A DNA stretch of 64,000 nucleotides, from positions 1 to 64,000 of the forward strand of contig JALMLS010000508.1 in NCBI GenBank assembly GCA_038496445.1, given 5' to 3'. Made by a program: the position numbers and the translations under genes. The stretch's first letter is position 1; each line of letters opens with the position of its first letter. This document shows, in pieces, positions 13,140-26,074 of this stretch. The notes beneath the pieces are model-generated. The model was not told the DNA's origin and made no database searches. It saw nothing but the letters and a program-made list of their open reading frames with translations. Origin of the DNA: Trichosphaerium sp. ATCC 40318 (taxonomy: Eukaryota > Protista > Tubulinea).

Positions 13140-13908
13140 ACCGCCAAAGACAAATGAACAAAACTCTTTTTACTTGAGAAACTGCAACCTCTGTCAAAGA
13201 TTTTCCCAACATTTTATGTTACCCGCCCCACAGTTTTGTCTATCGATTTCACTGCGTTCTGTGGTTTAGTGCTGACGTGGATTGTTTGTGTTACACCAAA
13301 GTGCGATTATGTAAGTTCTAGAAGGCATTATACCTTGTACAAAGGACTTACACTTGTAACAAGAATAGGGCTAACATTTGGAAAAATATTAACATCACGT
13401 GATACATTTTAACTTTCGTTAACGTTCTGCAGATTAGAACGTACGAGCAAATATTTTATAGTGAGTCAGAAGGTTTATTCATACAAAACTAACTATTATT
13501 TGTGTGATCTTTTGTGAGCTACAATATTGTCTTCCATCAGCTGTATCGAGACAGTCGGTAAAAGCAACCTGGCATTTGTCAACACTTGGCAAGTCACTAG
13601 AGAACAACAGCAATGATGGCGATTGCGAAAAGGGCTAGAGTTGCTGTAGTAGAAGCTTTTATCTTGGTTGGTTATAAAGTCAATTTAAGTGAATGGTTCA
13701 GTCTTGAATAGTGATCGACATTACAAGACAGCTACTATTACGCAACGCAAAAAAATACATAGAAGTATTCTATAGTGCGTTCGATGATGTTTTGTGATGG
13801 CAGTCTTTATTCTAGTGTAACCTTCAGGGAAGCTCTCGGATGTAGTCACTTTCCTTTCTTAGTGGCCTAAATTGTCATTCGCAAGTTTTCAACAAGATAA
13901 ACGCAACA

Positions 13909-14532
13909 ATGGACCTCATCTTCAACGTAGACGGCATGGAATTCATAACAAAGCAATTTGTACCTGAAAATGCTGTTCGCATAGTATCTTCAAAGTACAC
14001 CCTAGACTTGATGAAAGATGCCAACATATCCAAAATATCCAATGGAACAATACCTACACTTGGATTCCTTCTGGGTGAGCTTATGGAAATAGTGTTTAAC
14101 CTTAAACCTGCTGATTTGTTTTCTATTTAGCGCAGCTGAAGAAGGGCTCTAACAAAGTACTTTTTTTTTTGGTTTTCGGACTTTTTGTCTTGCATCACAT
14201 TCAAACACTCTTAGTTAAATAATCTGGTTACTTTTGAGATTGCTTCAGTTAACGCTAAGAAACTGACTTTACGAGTGAACAGAAAAGACTGTGATCCAGT
14301 GGACTTGGTTCTCTCTGCTGACTTGCTAAGATTTAGTACAAAGAACAAGCACAAGGTATGACCAAACATTAGCTTTCTATTCACGTGATATGTATAATTT
14401 TTTTTAAGGCTTGGAGTTTGAATGCGTTAGGTAACAATGCAACTGTGAAGGGCGGGGATAATTGTAAGTACACTTTTTTGTTGTTGTGCTATCTAACATA
14501 CATCGTGTTAAGCTGTTGCTTTACTTAAACCT
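13909..14532 (+). pseudogene. Multi-exon unknown gene truncated by a duplicated MORN2 5' segment
   Basis: ATG 13909 and several GT-AG introns with open exons; the sequence switches abruptly to the duplicated segment at 14533. Confidence 0.45.
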
Positions 14533-14830
14533 TCACAATCAAATCTTGATGTCAAGGCTGCTTTTTTTGATAACAATGGCCATTGTAAGTATAAATTAAT
14601 GTCTAAATCAATAATATCGAGTTGTAGCTCAATAGGAAGTCCCAATAACTCATCTGAGTTTGTAATGTTCATCTAGTTATGCTGTTAATTGAGGTCTGTT
14701 TACAAACGCTCGCACTTACGAAGAAGAAATTAACCAAATAAATACAGTTTTTCGTGTGCTTGGAAGGGGAGGGATAGTTATAATAGTTATCCCGGGATCT
14801 GCTTTACCACGTGTATGGGTAGTAACTTAA
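14533..14830 (-). repeat. Duplicated 5' part and upstream region of an F-box/MORN2 gene
   Basis: 14533-14679 is near-identical to 11893-12039; 14681-14740 matches ~17698-17758; 14762-14830 matches ~12049-12117. Confidence 0.9.
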
Positions 14831-14985
14831 CACATTGAGCTAAGTCAATAGTACACGAGACATGAAAATCTTTAACCTCGCAATAACTTTACACCTCAGT
14901 CTATCTAATATAGCTTGTTTCCGAGAAGAAACAGGTACCGTATTATCAACTCTAGTTTATAAACTCACTATATGTACTTTAAGCA

Positions 14986-15246
14986 GGGGCCATAGTTTTT
15001 TCCGAATTTTCCGAAAACAAAAATTCGAAAAAATAGAATTCGTAGAAAGATGCATAGCTAGGGCAGTCCACTAAACTAGAAAGCGCCTGGTTCACTTACG
15101 GTCGGGTCCTCGGTGTGCTCGGAACTAGAACCCGACCTTCGCTCACATATAGTGATCCATTGGTGGGTATAGGCATTCGGTTTTTGTATCGAATTCTATT
15201 TTTTCGAATTTTTTCTTTTGAAAAATTCAGAAAAAACGTGGGTCCG
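14986..15246. mobile_element. MITE (non-autonomous DNA transposon) with long imperfect TIRs and an 8-9 bp TSD
   Basis: About 60-bp imperfect inverted repeats (ttttttccgaatttt...aaaattcgaaaaaatagaattcg / cgaattctattttttcgaattt...aaaattcagaaaaaa), flanked by the direct repeat CTTTAAGCA at 14977-14985 and 15247-15255. Confidence 0.75.
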
Positions 15247-15363
15247 CTTTAAGCATAAAACAGCAAAATTAAAACATTCTAGCAAGCACTAGGCTGTTTG
15301 CATATTCCTTCATAAGTTCGTTAAAATTGCTTAAGTGAACTTTATACAGTAAGGCAAATACAA

Positions 15364-16010
15364 ATGACATCTGATATCCCAGTGTTATAAGCGTTGTGGG
15401 TTGTGGTGACCATGGTGTAGGTAACACGTAATATACACGAAAACTATGCTATACTATCAAACTAAAGGCAAAACGAATCTAATATGGTATATTAATAGCG
15501 AATTTAATCATGAAGAACCTTTTGGAGATATTTTACCTTCAGTTTGTGATCCAATTACGATTTGCAAAGACCCGTTTACTTTAGGTGCCTATGCGGAGTG
15601 TATTTTTAGATTTCCGGGTTTGTGTTTGCACGTGGTCGTAGATGTGGTTTTTTTTTTTCAATTAAAAATGATTAATGTATTGTAGGAATATGGGATACAC
15701 ATGGTAACCGTATGATCGGTTGAGCCTCTTACTTATAGCACGGTAATTTTCTTTGCCCGTTTACTTTTTGTTTTGTTTGTTGTACAAGCTTAAAACGCTC
15801 TGTTTGGATGACGGTTGTAAGCATGGATGTTTTCTTAGTTTGCTTCTCCCTTGATGACTATGAATTATATGAGAGTATTACATCTCGAGTGCGTACAATA
15901 CTCTATATATTGGTTTCTTTTTGTTTATGTGCTTATTTAATTGGGTAGTGGATACCAGAGTTAAACCATCACGGACTTCTTGTGCCACGTATTCTTGTTG
16001 ACTTAGTACA
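15364..16010 (+). pseudogene. Rho/Rac-like small GTPase pseudogene
   Basis: Spliced fragments 'VGCGDHGVGKT', 'IWDTHG', 'DVFLVCFSL', 'WIPELNHHG...PRILV', with frameshifts. Confidence 0.65.
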
Positions 16011-17016
16011 TATTTAAATCACTTTGGTATGCAACTCGACAGCCTTTATGGTTTTGGTGTAGCAGCTATTAAAGTTATCTCAATTTTTCACCTTTTTGAC
16101 TTGGCTTTATAGTTGTTGATGAGTTTGCAATATATATTCATGGTACTTACCATACACGACCAACGATTCAGAAGTATGGTTACTGATCCTAAGCGATGTA
16201 CAATACAATAAAAAAAGTGTTTTGATATCTCATATTTTTCGTACTTCTTGAGGTCCCAAGTTGATGTGAACCAGGTTCTGAGTTTTAACTGACTCTTTAT
16301 TGTTGCAAATAGACTATATATTATAATATCAAATAATTATGTACAGTAAGGAATAGAGTGAGAAGCTGTATTCAGCAAATGAACAAGTTTTTTGTTGTGA
16401 CTTATATTTATTATTTGATCAACAGCAGGATAGAATAAACAGCTTAACCGACTTCTTATCGGCTATGATTCAGTGAAATTTGTCTGGCAACAGACACCAA
16501 CAAGGCAACGGTTTTTGAACGAAAAGATGTAAGGAGGATAGAAATTCCCATTGTACAACCACAACCGATTGCATTGCTGTAAAGGAATCAGTCACGGTTG
16601 TTTTGGTTAGCACTAATATAGACAATAAGACAGCCAAATAAAGGAGGTGCGACGCTTTCTTCAAGGCGTTTTAAAGCTGCTACTTAACCAAGTTTGATAA
16701 TTGAAAATGCAGTTTACAGTTGTTGTTGTAGACTACAACATTGTTGAACAAATCACTTACTTCATAACGATGTATTCTTTATCAATAGGAATAATCGATC
16801 AACAGCTGTGATCAACAAAGCGAGTACACAAGCGAAAACGTCATGCACCAAAAAAATGAAGTGCAAACTTTTAGTTCCTGTTTGTTAACCCTATGAAGTT
16901 TGATGGGAGTTTTGTAAACTTGAATGATACAAGCTGGCCTTTTTTAAAATTTTATTTTGCTTACAATCAGGTGGGAAAAAAAGTGTGAGTCAAGAATTTC
17001 GACACCATGGTGATGC

Positions 17017-17688
17017 TCACGCTGTTTGTTTACCATCTGCAAAAGTTTCACAAAACACACGATCACTACCAGTCGAATATGTCTTTCGTTCATGTAAAAC
17101 ATCATTCACATAGTAGGATTGAATTTTTAGTAGCCCATCGTCATACCATATGTAAAAGTCTCCTTCAAGTTTACCGTTGACATAGTTACATTTCTTTTGA
17201 TAATATTCATCTGGAAACCAAGATGTGTACTCACCTTCAAACTTACCATCAACAAAATAGCAATGCTCACGCAAGTTACCGTTTTTGTGCCATTTCATGT
17301 GCTCTCCGTCAAGGTTACCATTTAAATAATTCATTTGTTCCTTTAATTGTCGATTGTAATACCATGCCTTATACTCTCCCTCAAGTTTATCATTGACGTA
17401 AAAGCAGCTGGAGTTCAGTCGACCATTATCATACCAAGTTTTACTTTCTCCTTCACGTTTACCATGGTTCCAGTGTGTTCGTTCTACAACTTGTAGTTTC
17501 GATGAAGCATCAGCTTTTCGTTTTTCCCATTTCCCATGCTTTTCAAAATCACAATCAAATCTTGATGTCAAGGCTGCTTTTTTTGATAACAACGGCCATT
17601 GTAAGTATAAATTAATGTCCAAATCAATAATATCAAGTTGTAGCTCAACAGGAAGTCCCAATAACGGATTTGAGTTTGTAATGTTCAT
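17017..17688 (-). CDS. F-box-like + MORN2 repeat protein (shorter paralog of 11187-12032)
   Basis: 223-aa ORF highly similar to 11187-12032 but two repeats shorter; a probable 5'UTR intron (gtaagt...ctag) abuts the ATG. Confidence 0.88.
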   Translation of the reverse strand: MNITNSNPLLGLPVELQLDIIDLDINLYLQWPLLSKKAALTSRFDCDFEKHGKWEKRKADASSKLQVVERTHWNHGKREGESKTWYDNGRLNSSCFYVNDKLEGEYKAWYYNRQLKEQMNYLNGNLDGEHMKWHKNGNLREHCYFVDGKFEGEYTSWFPDEYYQKKCNYVNGKLEGDFYIWYDDGLLKIQSYYVNDVLHERKTYSTGSDRVFCETFADGKQTA

Positions 17689-18879
17689 CTAGTTGTGCTG
17701 TTAACTGAGGTCTGTTTACAAACGCTCGCACTTACGTAAGAAGAAATTAACCAAATAGAGTTTCTCGTAAGTGTAGTTTGGAAGGGGGATAATAACACTA
17801 GGTATCCCAGGATATGCTTTACCACGTGTATGGGTATCTAAAATATAGCTTGTTACTCATTAAGCGAAACTAAACAGGTTTTAAATCACTGTTTACAGTA
17901 AAAACAGTTTAAGGCATGCCGTTAACGGAAAGTGATCACGTGAATTATTCGTTAAGCCAACAAATATCTAGGAATAGCTAATACTATTTCTAGTGTAATA
18001 CGTTATAAGAAAAGGTGTACAAGCCAATTAACTCCTTCTTTCTCAGTTGAGTAGGTTTGTTTATTATTAAATAGGTCATGTTAGCGGTTTACTTTTCTTA
18101 GTGTGAGACTTAGAAACCACCCTTGACAGAGCTGTTACTCCTAGTACATATGTACCACATACTGTTTGTTAATGGTGTGGCATCAATCGGATGAATAGCA
18201 TTTCTGTACAAGTAAAAAAAAGAAAGGTACAAGACTGGTGCTGGGGTTCTTTGAGAAGTAAAAACTGGGCGTAAACTAACATGTTTTGACAATAGTTGCT
18301 ATGAGTTTGAAGGATTGGTTTGTGAAAAAGTTAAGGGAGGAAAACAGGTTCTCTCAGCTGTTAGAGTTCTGATACTAACTACTACTCTTCTATCAACTAA
18401 CCAAAGGGACTCAACTTAGACGATGTTTGGGAGGAAGACAAAATGTCTTGTGGCTCTAGCGCAGCGCCAAGCATTTGTTATCTATTATACAAGAAACACT
18501 TGGAAAATAAAAGAAAGTTTTACAGGTTTTTAAAACAAATTGAAAAGGAAATTTTTGGGTGGGATGTGGGTGATTGCCGCTCGCCATGTTCTTGTACACG
18601 TTGTAGGCGTTTGTAGTTGATTTATGAGTCATACCAAGTCTTACCCAAACGTCTGTAACGGAGAAAACACGTGTACAGCCATTAAGTCAAGGTTTGAAAC
18701 TGTATCACATGATTAATGGCAAAGCTCATGAAGAGACTTTGACATACGTTTGGAGATTAAGTCTTATCTACATACGTAAGGAACATGTTTCCAACGTTAG
18801 GGCAATCACTATGTTTACAAAACACTGTTCAGCGCGAACCAATATACTGCTCTGAAAAACGTTTATTTCTGTTTAGTAT

Positions 18880-21800
18880 TTCGTATTTCTAATCTGAAAT
18901 ATGTGATGCCGATATTGTCATAAGTCCTAATGTACTTGATCCCTTTGTTGCTATTTTTCTCTTCTCCTAAACAATTTGTGAGAAAAATAATTGACGTGCT
19001 AAGCAGTGCTATTTATTGCTTCTCTCGCTTACCCGTTGTTGAAATTTCTTGTTCTTGTTAATCTAAAACAGTAGTGCATCAGTAAGAAAACAACAAAGTG
19101 GTAAAATGAGAAGTAATTGTTTGGGAATGCTAGTGGCTGTTCTTCTTTTTGGTTTTTTATTTCTTTGTACCTTTCCAAATGGATCTGTTAGCTGTATTTC
19201 TTTTTTAACTGGTTCTCCTGCGTCTGATTTAAAGTCCCCTGGTTGAAAACATGCTGCACCAATGAACACGTTTTTACCAAACCTGAAAACGGAAAACTTT
19301 AAGCAAAAAACAACTTTTTCTTGATTGAATGTTTAATAGCCTACTACAGCAAATATATCTTTAAGACTGACAAAACATATAAATTACTAGTACGTATTCT
19401 ACAGCAATACTAGTGGACAAGAATTTTTCGAAAAAAGCTGACGACAGAGAGTTGTTAAAAGTTTTTTTCCACTTACCTTGTAAAATCCCAAACTTCCAGT
19501 TGGAAAGGCTCATTGTCCCAACCGAAACTAATAACGATTGTTAATACTTGCTTGCAACAACCTTATTCAAATAAAATGAATAAATGACGTACACCTCCCA
19601 TTCAAGTTTTTTGAAGACAGCTTTTTGTTTTTTCTTGATAACTTTACTTTCGTTGAAATTGTTTGTATTCTTTCCAAACTTTGTCAAAGTAATTTGTGGT
19701 GTAGTTTGTCCTATCTTTCCACTGAGTATATCCTATTAATAATTACTATTACACCTTTATATATATATTGTATTACCTTTACAGATGCAGAGTGAATGGT
19801 AAGCCTGCACCTATTGAAGAAAGATGTGTCAACAGAAAAAGTTTTCAACGAGTTTTTAAAAAAGTTACCTTCCAGAGATATTCCCGTGAAGCCACTCTGT
19901 TGCTGTCTTAATGTCTAGAGTCATCTAGAACGTGTGAATACGATACTCACAAAATATATTCTTTGTACTCTCAACTTGGTTTTGGACATGAAAGGCTTTA
20001 GTTCTCTTAGAGGATCAATATCAGGTGACCATAGTAAAACATCATTTTTTGTTTTACTCAGCAATTTAAGTAATTTATTCACTTTTGACCACATCTCTTC
20101 ATCCTTGAAATACTTTGGATCTAAATCGTCTTTAAAATTTATTCACAGTAAGAAGTACGCACGTATATCCAGTAGAATCTTTACATCACTTGCTCCCTTC
20201 ACTTTAAAAAAGGTTAGGCGTAAAAAAAGACCAGAAATAAATCTGTACCAAAGTTTTTGAAGTCTCCACCAACAACTGTTTGAGCCCATTCCAATGAGTC
20301 TGAAATATTCCGTAAGCTTTTGAGTATTTCATAATGTTATTTCAGGTACCTTTGTAGTCTTCGTCATAGTCAAAATTAGCGTCGTAACGACACACAACTG
20401 AACCTAACAAAGATTACAAAAAAATTTCAGTAGGTAGTGTATTCGCACCATCAGCTTGTATTTCTGATACAACGTCTCTTACTTCATGTTGCGAGTCCCA
20501 CTCACCTTTATAGGTTATGTTAGATAACGTAAAAAATCACGTGACAGTTACCTATCCAAAGTACGGACTCAAATTTTGCAAATCGTTCTACAGCTTTCTA
20601 TTGTAATCTTTAGCGTTTATAACAATATCTTACCAAACTTACAAAGCTTGTAGTTGCAATCACAAAGTACATTCCACTTAGTTCTTCTTCAAAAATAGAA
20701 TGAATCTCTTCACAGTCAGGAGCATAGAGTATAACGGGAACCTATTGGCAAAAAAGTCAAAAAAAAACACAAACATTATCAGGCTCTATCAGACATACTT
20801 TACAATCGTTTTCTTTCATTATTCTCAATGCTTCTTTTATTTCATCAACGTTACCATATTTCTCGTTTGTGTCCTTTTTAAAAGAGGTAAATGACCTTAC
20901 AGAGGTATAAACGAGTAGTTTCTTTAACGTACAACAGTAAAAATAACACGCCAACGCCATACACAATCATCAGTTGCCCACATTAATCGGGATTTTGCAA
21001 TGTCATTGTTGATAACATTCGCCTGCACAAAATGTTATTATATTAATATTACAAACAATACCATACCTTCTCACGCTTTAATATCAAGCGGTAAGGATCT
21101 TCCTAAGCATATCTTTATTAAAACTGTGATTAAATTCTTTTTTGTGTTTTTTTTGCGTTCCCTTTTTTTTTAGCTAAAGAAAAAGGAACGCAAAAACAGA
21201 AAAACAAAAAGACACTTACGTCTTGGTCAAATGGAATTGTCTCCGGTGCGTTAACCCATTCAAGAAGACGTAAATTTGGGAAACAAGATTGGAACCCTAT
21301 TGCAGTTTTGACTAGAAATAAAGTTAATAAAAAATTAAGAAGTTCAACTTGATGGCCTTGATGTACCGAATATATCGTTTATTTCTCTTGAATCTATTTT
21401 CTCAATTACTCTCCAATCAAAATTGCTGCGGGAAAAACCAATGAATCAGCGTTGACAGTCATTAACTTAAAAAAACGTACAACATCTGTTTTATGCTCTT
21501 ATACGTTGGTATTAATGCGTTCAAGATGTCCTACAGTTCGTCACTTAGAACTCAGATTGTGTATACCCGTTAAACGCACAATTGGTCCAGTCATGTATGA
21601 TTGTACAGTAACTTCTTCTGAAATGACCTATTCGCTATTTTAATCACGTGATTTTTATAATGTTGAACTTTTCACGTACCGGAAGCTCGCTTTGTGCTAA
21701 CCGTGCAGTATGGGCTTGTATTTCGCCAGTTACAACCAAGAGATCCTTTAACGGCGTCAGAAGGGTTCGGAAGCTGTTTCAGTACTTTTAAGAGAGAAAT

Positions 21801-21953
21801 GAGTTTCTGTTCTTCTTCGGGCGACTCAACCTTCTTAACGATAGCGAAGTCATCATAATCGTCTGTTTCACACAGTCCGACGTCAATTTGGTCGAAATAT
21901 GCCAAAACGCGTTGCGTAAGCGGTAGCTAAAACTATTACAACCCACGTGGCAT
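18880..21953 (-). CDS. Multi-exon protein (possibly two genes) with a C-terminal C2-like domain
   Basis: Chain of short open exons between GT-AG introns; 3' exons 'FQLEVWDFTR...NVFIGAACFQPGDF...KKEIQLTDP' resemble C2 strands. The model is not fully resolved. Confidence 0.45.
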
Positions 21954-22976
21954 ACATTGGAAAAACGAAACAGTAAAAAACGCTTTTTTCACGTTAACTA
22001 ACCATTTCTTTGTGGTGGAAATCCTTTACTGATTTCTGAACGCCATTATGAAAAGTCTGTAATAACGAAGGAAGTGTTTCTTCAGCCATTGTGTAAGTAA
22101 TTGTTTAGCGTCGTTCTTTGGCACTACCTGTACTTAACTTAAATTTACGGTAATTGGACGTACGGTATCTGCCTGCTTAGCTAAAAATAAATGGCAACTT
22201 GGCTTGATAAAGAATATTCAATGAAAGGCACAGAACGGTGCACACCATGGAACGTGAGAAAGGAACTGGCGTGAGAAAAACCAAGCGTCTCGTTGGTACA
22301 TTAAAACTACAACGCGACGCGTCATAGTTGAACACACTGATTTTACACCAAATCTCAAGTGCTGATACTTACAGCTAATACTGCAGCAGGCGCTGATGGA
22401 TGCTTGAACACAGAGTTAGAAAACTATAAGTTGACACTATTTTTGTGTTAGCGCTAAAACTAGTTTTTCGAGATGGTTAGGTTTGTGAGCACAGGTAACC
22501 CCGCAGAGTATGCAAGCTGTATTCGCGCAATGAAGGAATGATTAAGGTTAATACTATCACTGCAACAACAAGTATTCGTGGGAAGGTAGAACCTCTCATA
22601 GTCGGATTCGTTGAGTATGTGGTAACATTTGGTTGCTAAACAATTAAGAAATAAGAACAGAATCACGTGCTTTGAGCTACAAACAATTTGTGCTTGCGTC
22701 TGCGTGATTGACCCAAATACAGCCTATGTGTCCAATAACAACTAGGGCGAACCAAACGCTCAACTTGGTTTGTTGGCATTTATCCAGTTTTGAGTTAACA
22801 AAGCGTATAGCAAGCAGAAAAGTTCAACACTGTATTTAAATACCAATAGGTTTATATCCGGTCAACTGTCCCAAACACAGCTCGTATCTTAATGTGATTC
22901 GTACGCTCGTCGGTCATTAGCAAAGGACAAACAAATCACTTAAGCAGAGTTAACCTTTCAGAGCACTTGCTCAAAG

Positions 22977-23786
22977 ATGGAAACGGATAACATAACGCCT
23001 AGAGTGATTGAACAGGCTCAAGTTCTTTGGGACTATCATTGCTTGAACCATGAGCTTAAAAAGAGGGACTGCATTCTTGTACTAGCGACACTTGTTTTTT
23101 TTCATTTTTCGCTAAGAAATTAGGTGCTTGGAAGCAATGACACACGTGTAGCGCATAGAGCGGCTGAACTTTTTCTAAAAGGCTTTGCACCTTATATTTT
23201 ATTCTCAGGAGGTAAAGGCAATCTAACGCTGGCACGTGAGCTTCATTTAATGTAAATAACGGCGAACAGCATTGGGAGCAGTCAGAAGCCGATACTTTCG
23301 CTGCCATTGCGTTAGAGATGGGCGTACCACGTGATAGAATTCTTATAGAAAACAAGTCAAGCAATACAGGCGAAAACATAGCATTCTGCAAACAGGTGTT
23401 GAAAGAACACAACAAAGATCCTCACGTGCGTCTTAAACAACAACAGTGGTTTAGAATTGTGTTTTTTTGTTGAGTTGTTCATTTAGAAGTTCATTGTGGT
23501 TCAAAAACCGTACATGGAGCGTAGAGCATATGCTGCATTGTGTAAACAATGGCCTGAGAATGAGTACATCGTTACATCACCTCAGATTAAGAGCATCAAG
23601 GAGTATATCTCAAAAGATGTAGATATGACTCTCGAGGATTTGATTAATGTTGTGGTTGGAGATATGCAACGTATTATGGTTTACCCTTCTCGTGGATTTC
23701 AAACGACGCAAGATATACCAAAGCATGTCATAGATGCATACAATGGATTGGTTTCGAAGGGCTTTGTTAACCACATGCTAAAATAA
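22977..23786 (+). CDS. DUF218/YdcF family protein
   Basis: 'LWDYH', 'VLGSNDTRVA', 'SGGKG', 'ENKSSNTGENI', 'VQKPYMERRAYA'; 3 introns including a GC-AG intron at 23232-23269. Confidence 0.85.
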
Positions 23787-23933
23787 AACTAATTTTGCTT
23801 AGTTATTCATTTCTACTGTAGCAGGCCATGACAGCAAAGAATTGTCGAGTCACCAGCTTTGCAATAATGTTAGAAAATGTCACATCACTTTCTTCATACG
23901 TATGAGTGTATTGGCTTCTTCCAATAGTTTTTG

Positions 23934-24987
23934 TAAAAAATGCAAGAAACAACAGAATGTAATCCTTAATCACTATGCTGTTCAAGAATTACGTGCAAAA
24001 CATGGTGGTGTTAGAGGAGAAGAATGTGATCCCAGGCAGGAAAAACTCGTTTTTGGATTCAATGAAATAGTTGATTGAAGTACACTATTAATTACCAGCA
24101 AGTTCTGGTTCCACTAAATTATAGACACAGGTATACAAGTTGGACATACTTGTGGTTCAAGAGTCCGCCAAATAATTTTTAAATGCCAAGAACATTGTCG
24201 CTTCCTTGATTAGTTTTTTGAAAACAACCGTCATAAACTTGTAGCCGAAGTGCTCACCCAATAGTAAAGCGACAATCAACCTCATTGTCATGATTGCAGT
24301 CTCTGATTTTGGTTTGAGTATCGAGTCGTCCATTTGCTTTGTCAACCTTGTCACAAAGATCATCAATACAGTGTTCTGTAATGTCAGTTACAGTAGGTTA
24401 CATTGCTGTCAAAGACTTGAAATAAAAAACGGGCAAACAAAAATAAAACATGTGCGTTTTTGTAAATAATCGATTTAGTGACTTTTCCGTGAATGAGAGG
24501 TTGTTTCGCATAAATTGGACCGGATACGGTAGCAAGTTTTTGATGTTAGAGCACTGTCATAAATGGCGTAACATTACACCTGCAGGTGTTCAGGTACCTT
24601 AAGTTAGAGCTCTTTGAAAACCGACTTTCGACTTAATTCGGTTCTGCGAGTTAGTCTCCGGTAATTGTAATATCACGTACTAATTGTCATTAGGGACGAT
24701 TTTTGGAAGCAGTTCACACTTTCAAAAAAAGTCTAGCACACCTCAAAAACGTTATTTTTGGCCAAATTTTGGGTATGCTTCAGAGTACATTTGTGTCTAT
24801 AATTTAGTGGAACCAGAACTTGCTGGTAATTAATAGTGTACTTCAATCAACTATTTCATTGAATCCAAAAACGAGTTTTTCCTGCCTGGGATCACATTCT
24901 TCTCCTCTAACACCACCATGTTTTGCACGTAATTCTTGAACAGCATAGTGATTAAGGATTACATTCTGTTGTTTCTTGCATTTTTTA
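23934..24987. repeat. 196-bp inverted repeat (23934-24129 / 24792-24987) with a 662-bp spacer
   Basis: No mismatch found by eye; the same peptide appears in ORFs 23842+ and 24843-. Confidence 0.92.
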
Positions 24988-26074
24988 TCACTTTCAGTGT
25001 TCCACATAAAGCTATCATCACCCGTCTCTATACCTGATTGCTGTAAATTGGTCAGTATTTTGAACAATCATTCTAACCCACAGATACCTTTTTCAAACCT
25101 TTCCTTTTGGTGGCAGGTGCTCAATAAACCATTGTCTACCTGTAAGCAGTTATAGAGTATTTGATAATTTAGGTATCAAAACACGGAGGTTACTTTTTCA
25201 TAGAAGTTGATGAACATAATATTTAAATGAAAATGTCAAAATACTCACTCTTGCTTGGTACTTTATTGAATCAAAGGTCTATACAGCTTGCTGTAGTTAT
25301 GTTTTACCACTACAGAAGTTTTAGAGACAGAACTTACTTTTTACATGGAGACACTTCAGTACTTACCAAAAACAGTTTCTATGAAACTATGCTGCTACAA
25401 TTGTTTAACTATTGCTGAAATTTATGCTGTATCATATACAGTGTATGGACTATACTTTCAAAGAGTAAGAGACCTTCAATAACTCATGGTATTTCATAAA
25501 ATGTAAAATTGCTTATGGTAAATGGAGTACAGAATATTGGAATTTACAGATTACGCAAGGCTGTACAGACTTGAAACCCTTCTTAACATATGTCAAATAG
25601 CTATTAAATGTATGTACACCATTTAAACGCTTGTACACGCTTGCCCTACATCGGTATTGGGGAACTCGATTTGACTACAATATTAACACAGCAAACCAAC
25701 GGTTTAAGCGTTTTCCGAGCGATAAACGTCGTTTAAAGGTACATTGTACATACACGTTCATATTGTGGTACCATAAGCTTTATTTTAGCCCATAACGCAT
25801 ATCTTTATTTGCAAGAGCCGTTTATGATGATTACAGGCTCCAATCATTTGTTTATTCTCAATGAAGCTCGATTGAAGCTTTTTTAGCTATGTATTAAAAA
25901 AATACGCCAAAAAACATGTAAAAAAGTAAATAATTTATTTCACACTTAGAACATAACAATAGAGCCATTCGTTCTAGAGATACATTAACACATGCTAAAG
26001 CATTGATATAAGAGGTGTGAACCGCGTACAAAAATAGTCCCTATAGTCTTACAACTTTAAACAAAGGCGATATT

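Noticed and set aside
11187-17688. Diversity-generating retroelement (template/variable repeat pair)
   Set aside because: No reverse transcriptase is in the window, and differences between copies do not look adenine-restricted.
25609-25755. Short imperfect inverted repeat (tgtatgtaca...tgtacataca)
   Set aside because: Arms are short and degenerate with no TSD; it could be chance or an old MITE relic.
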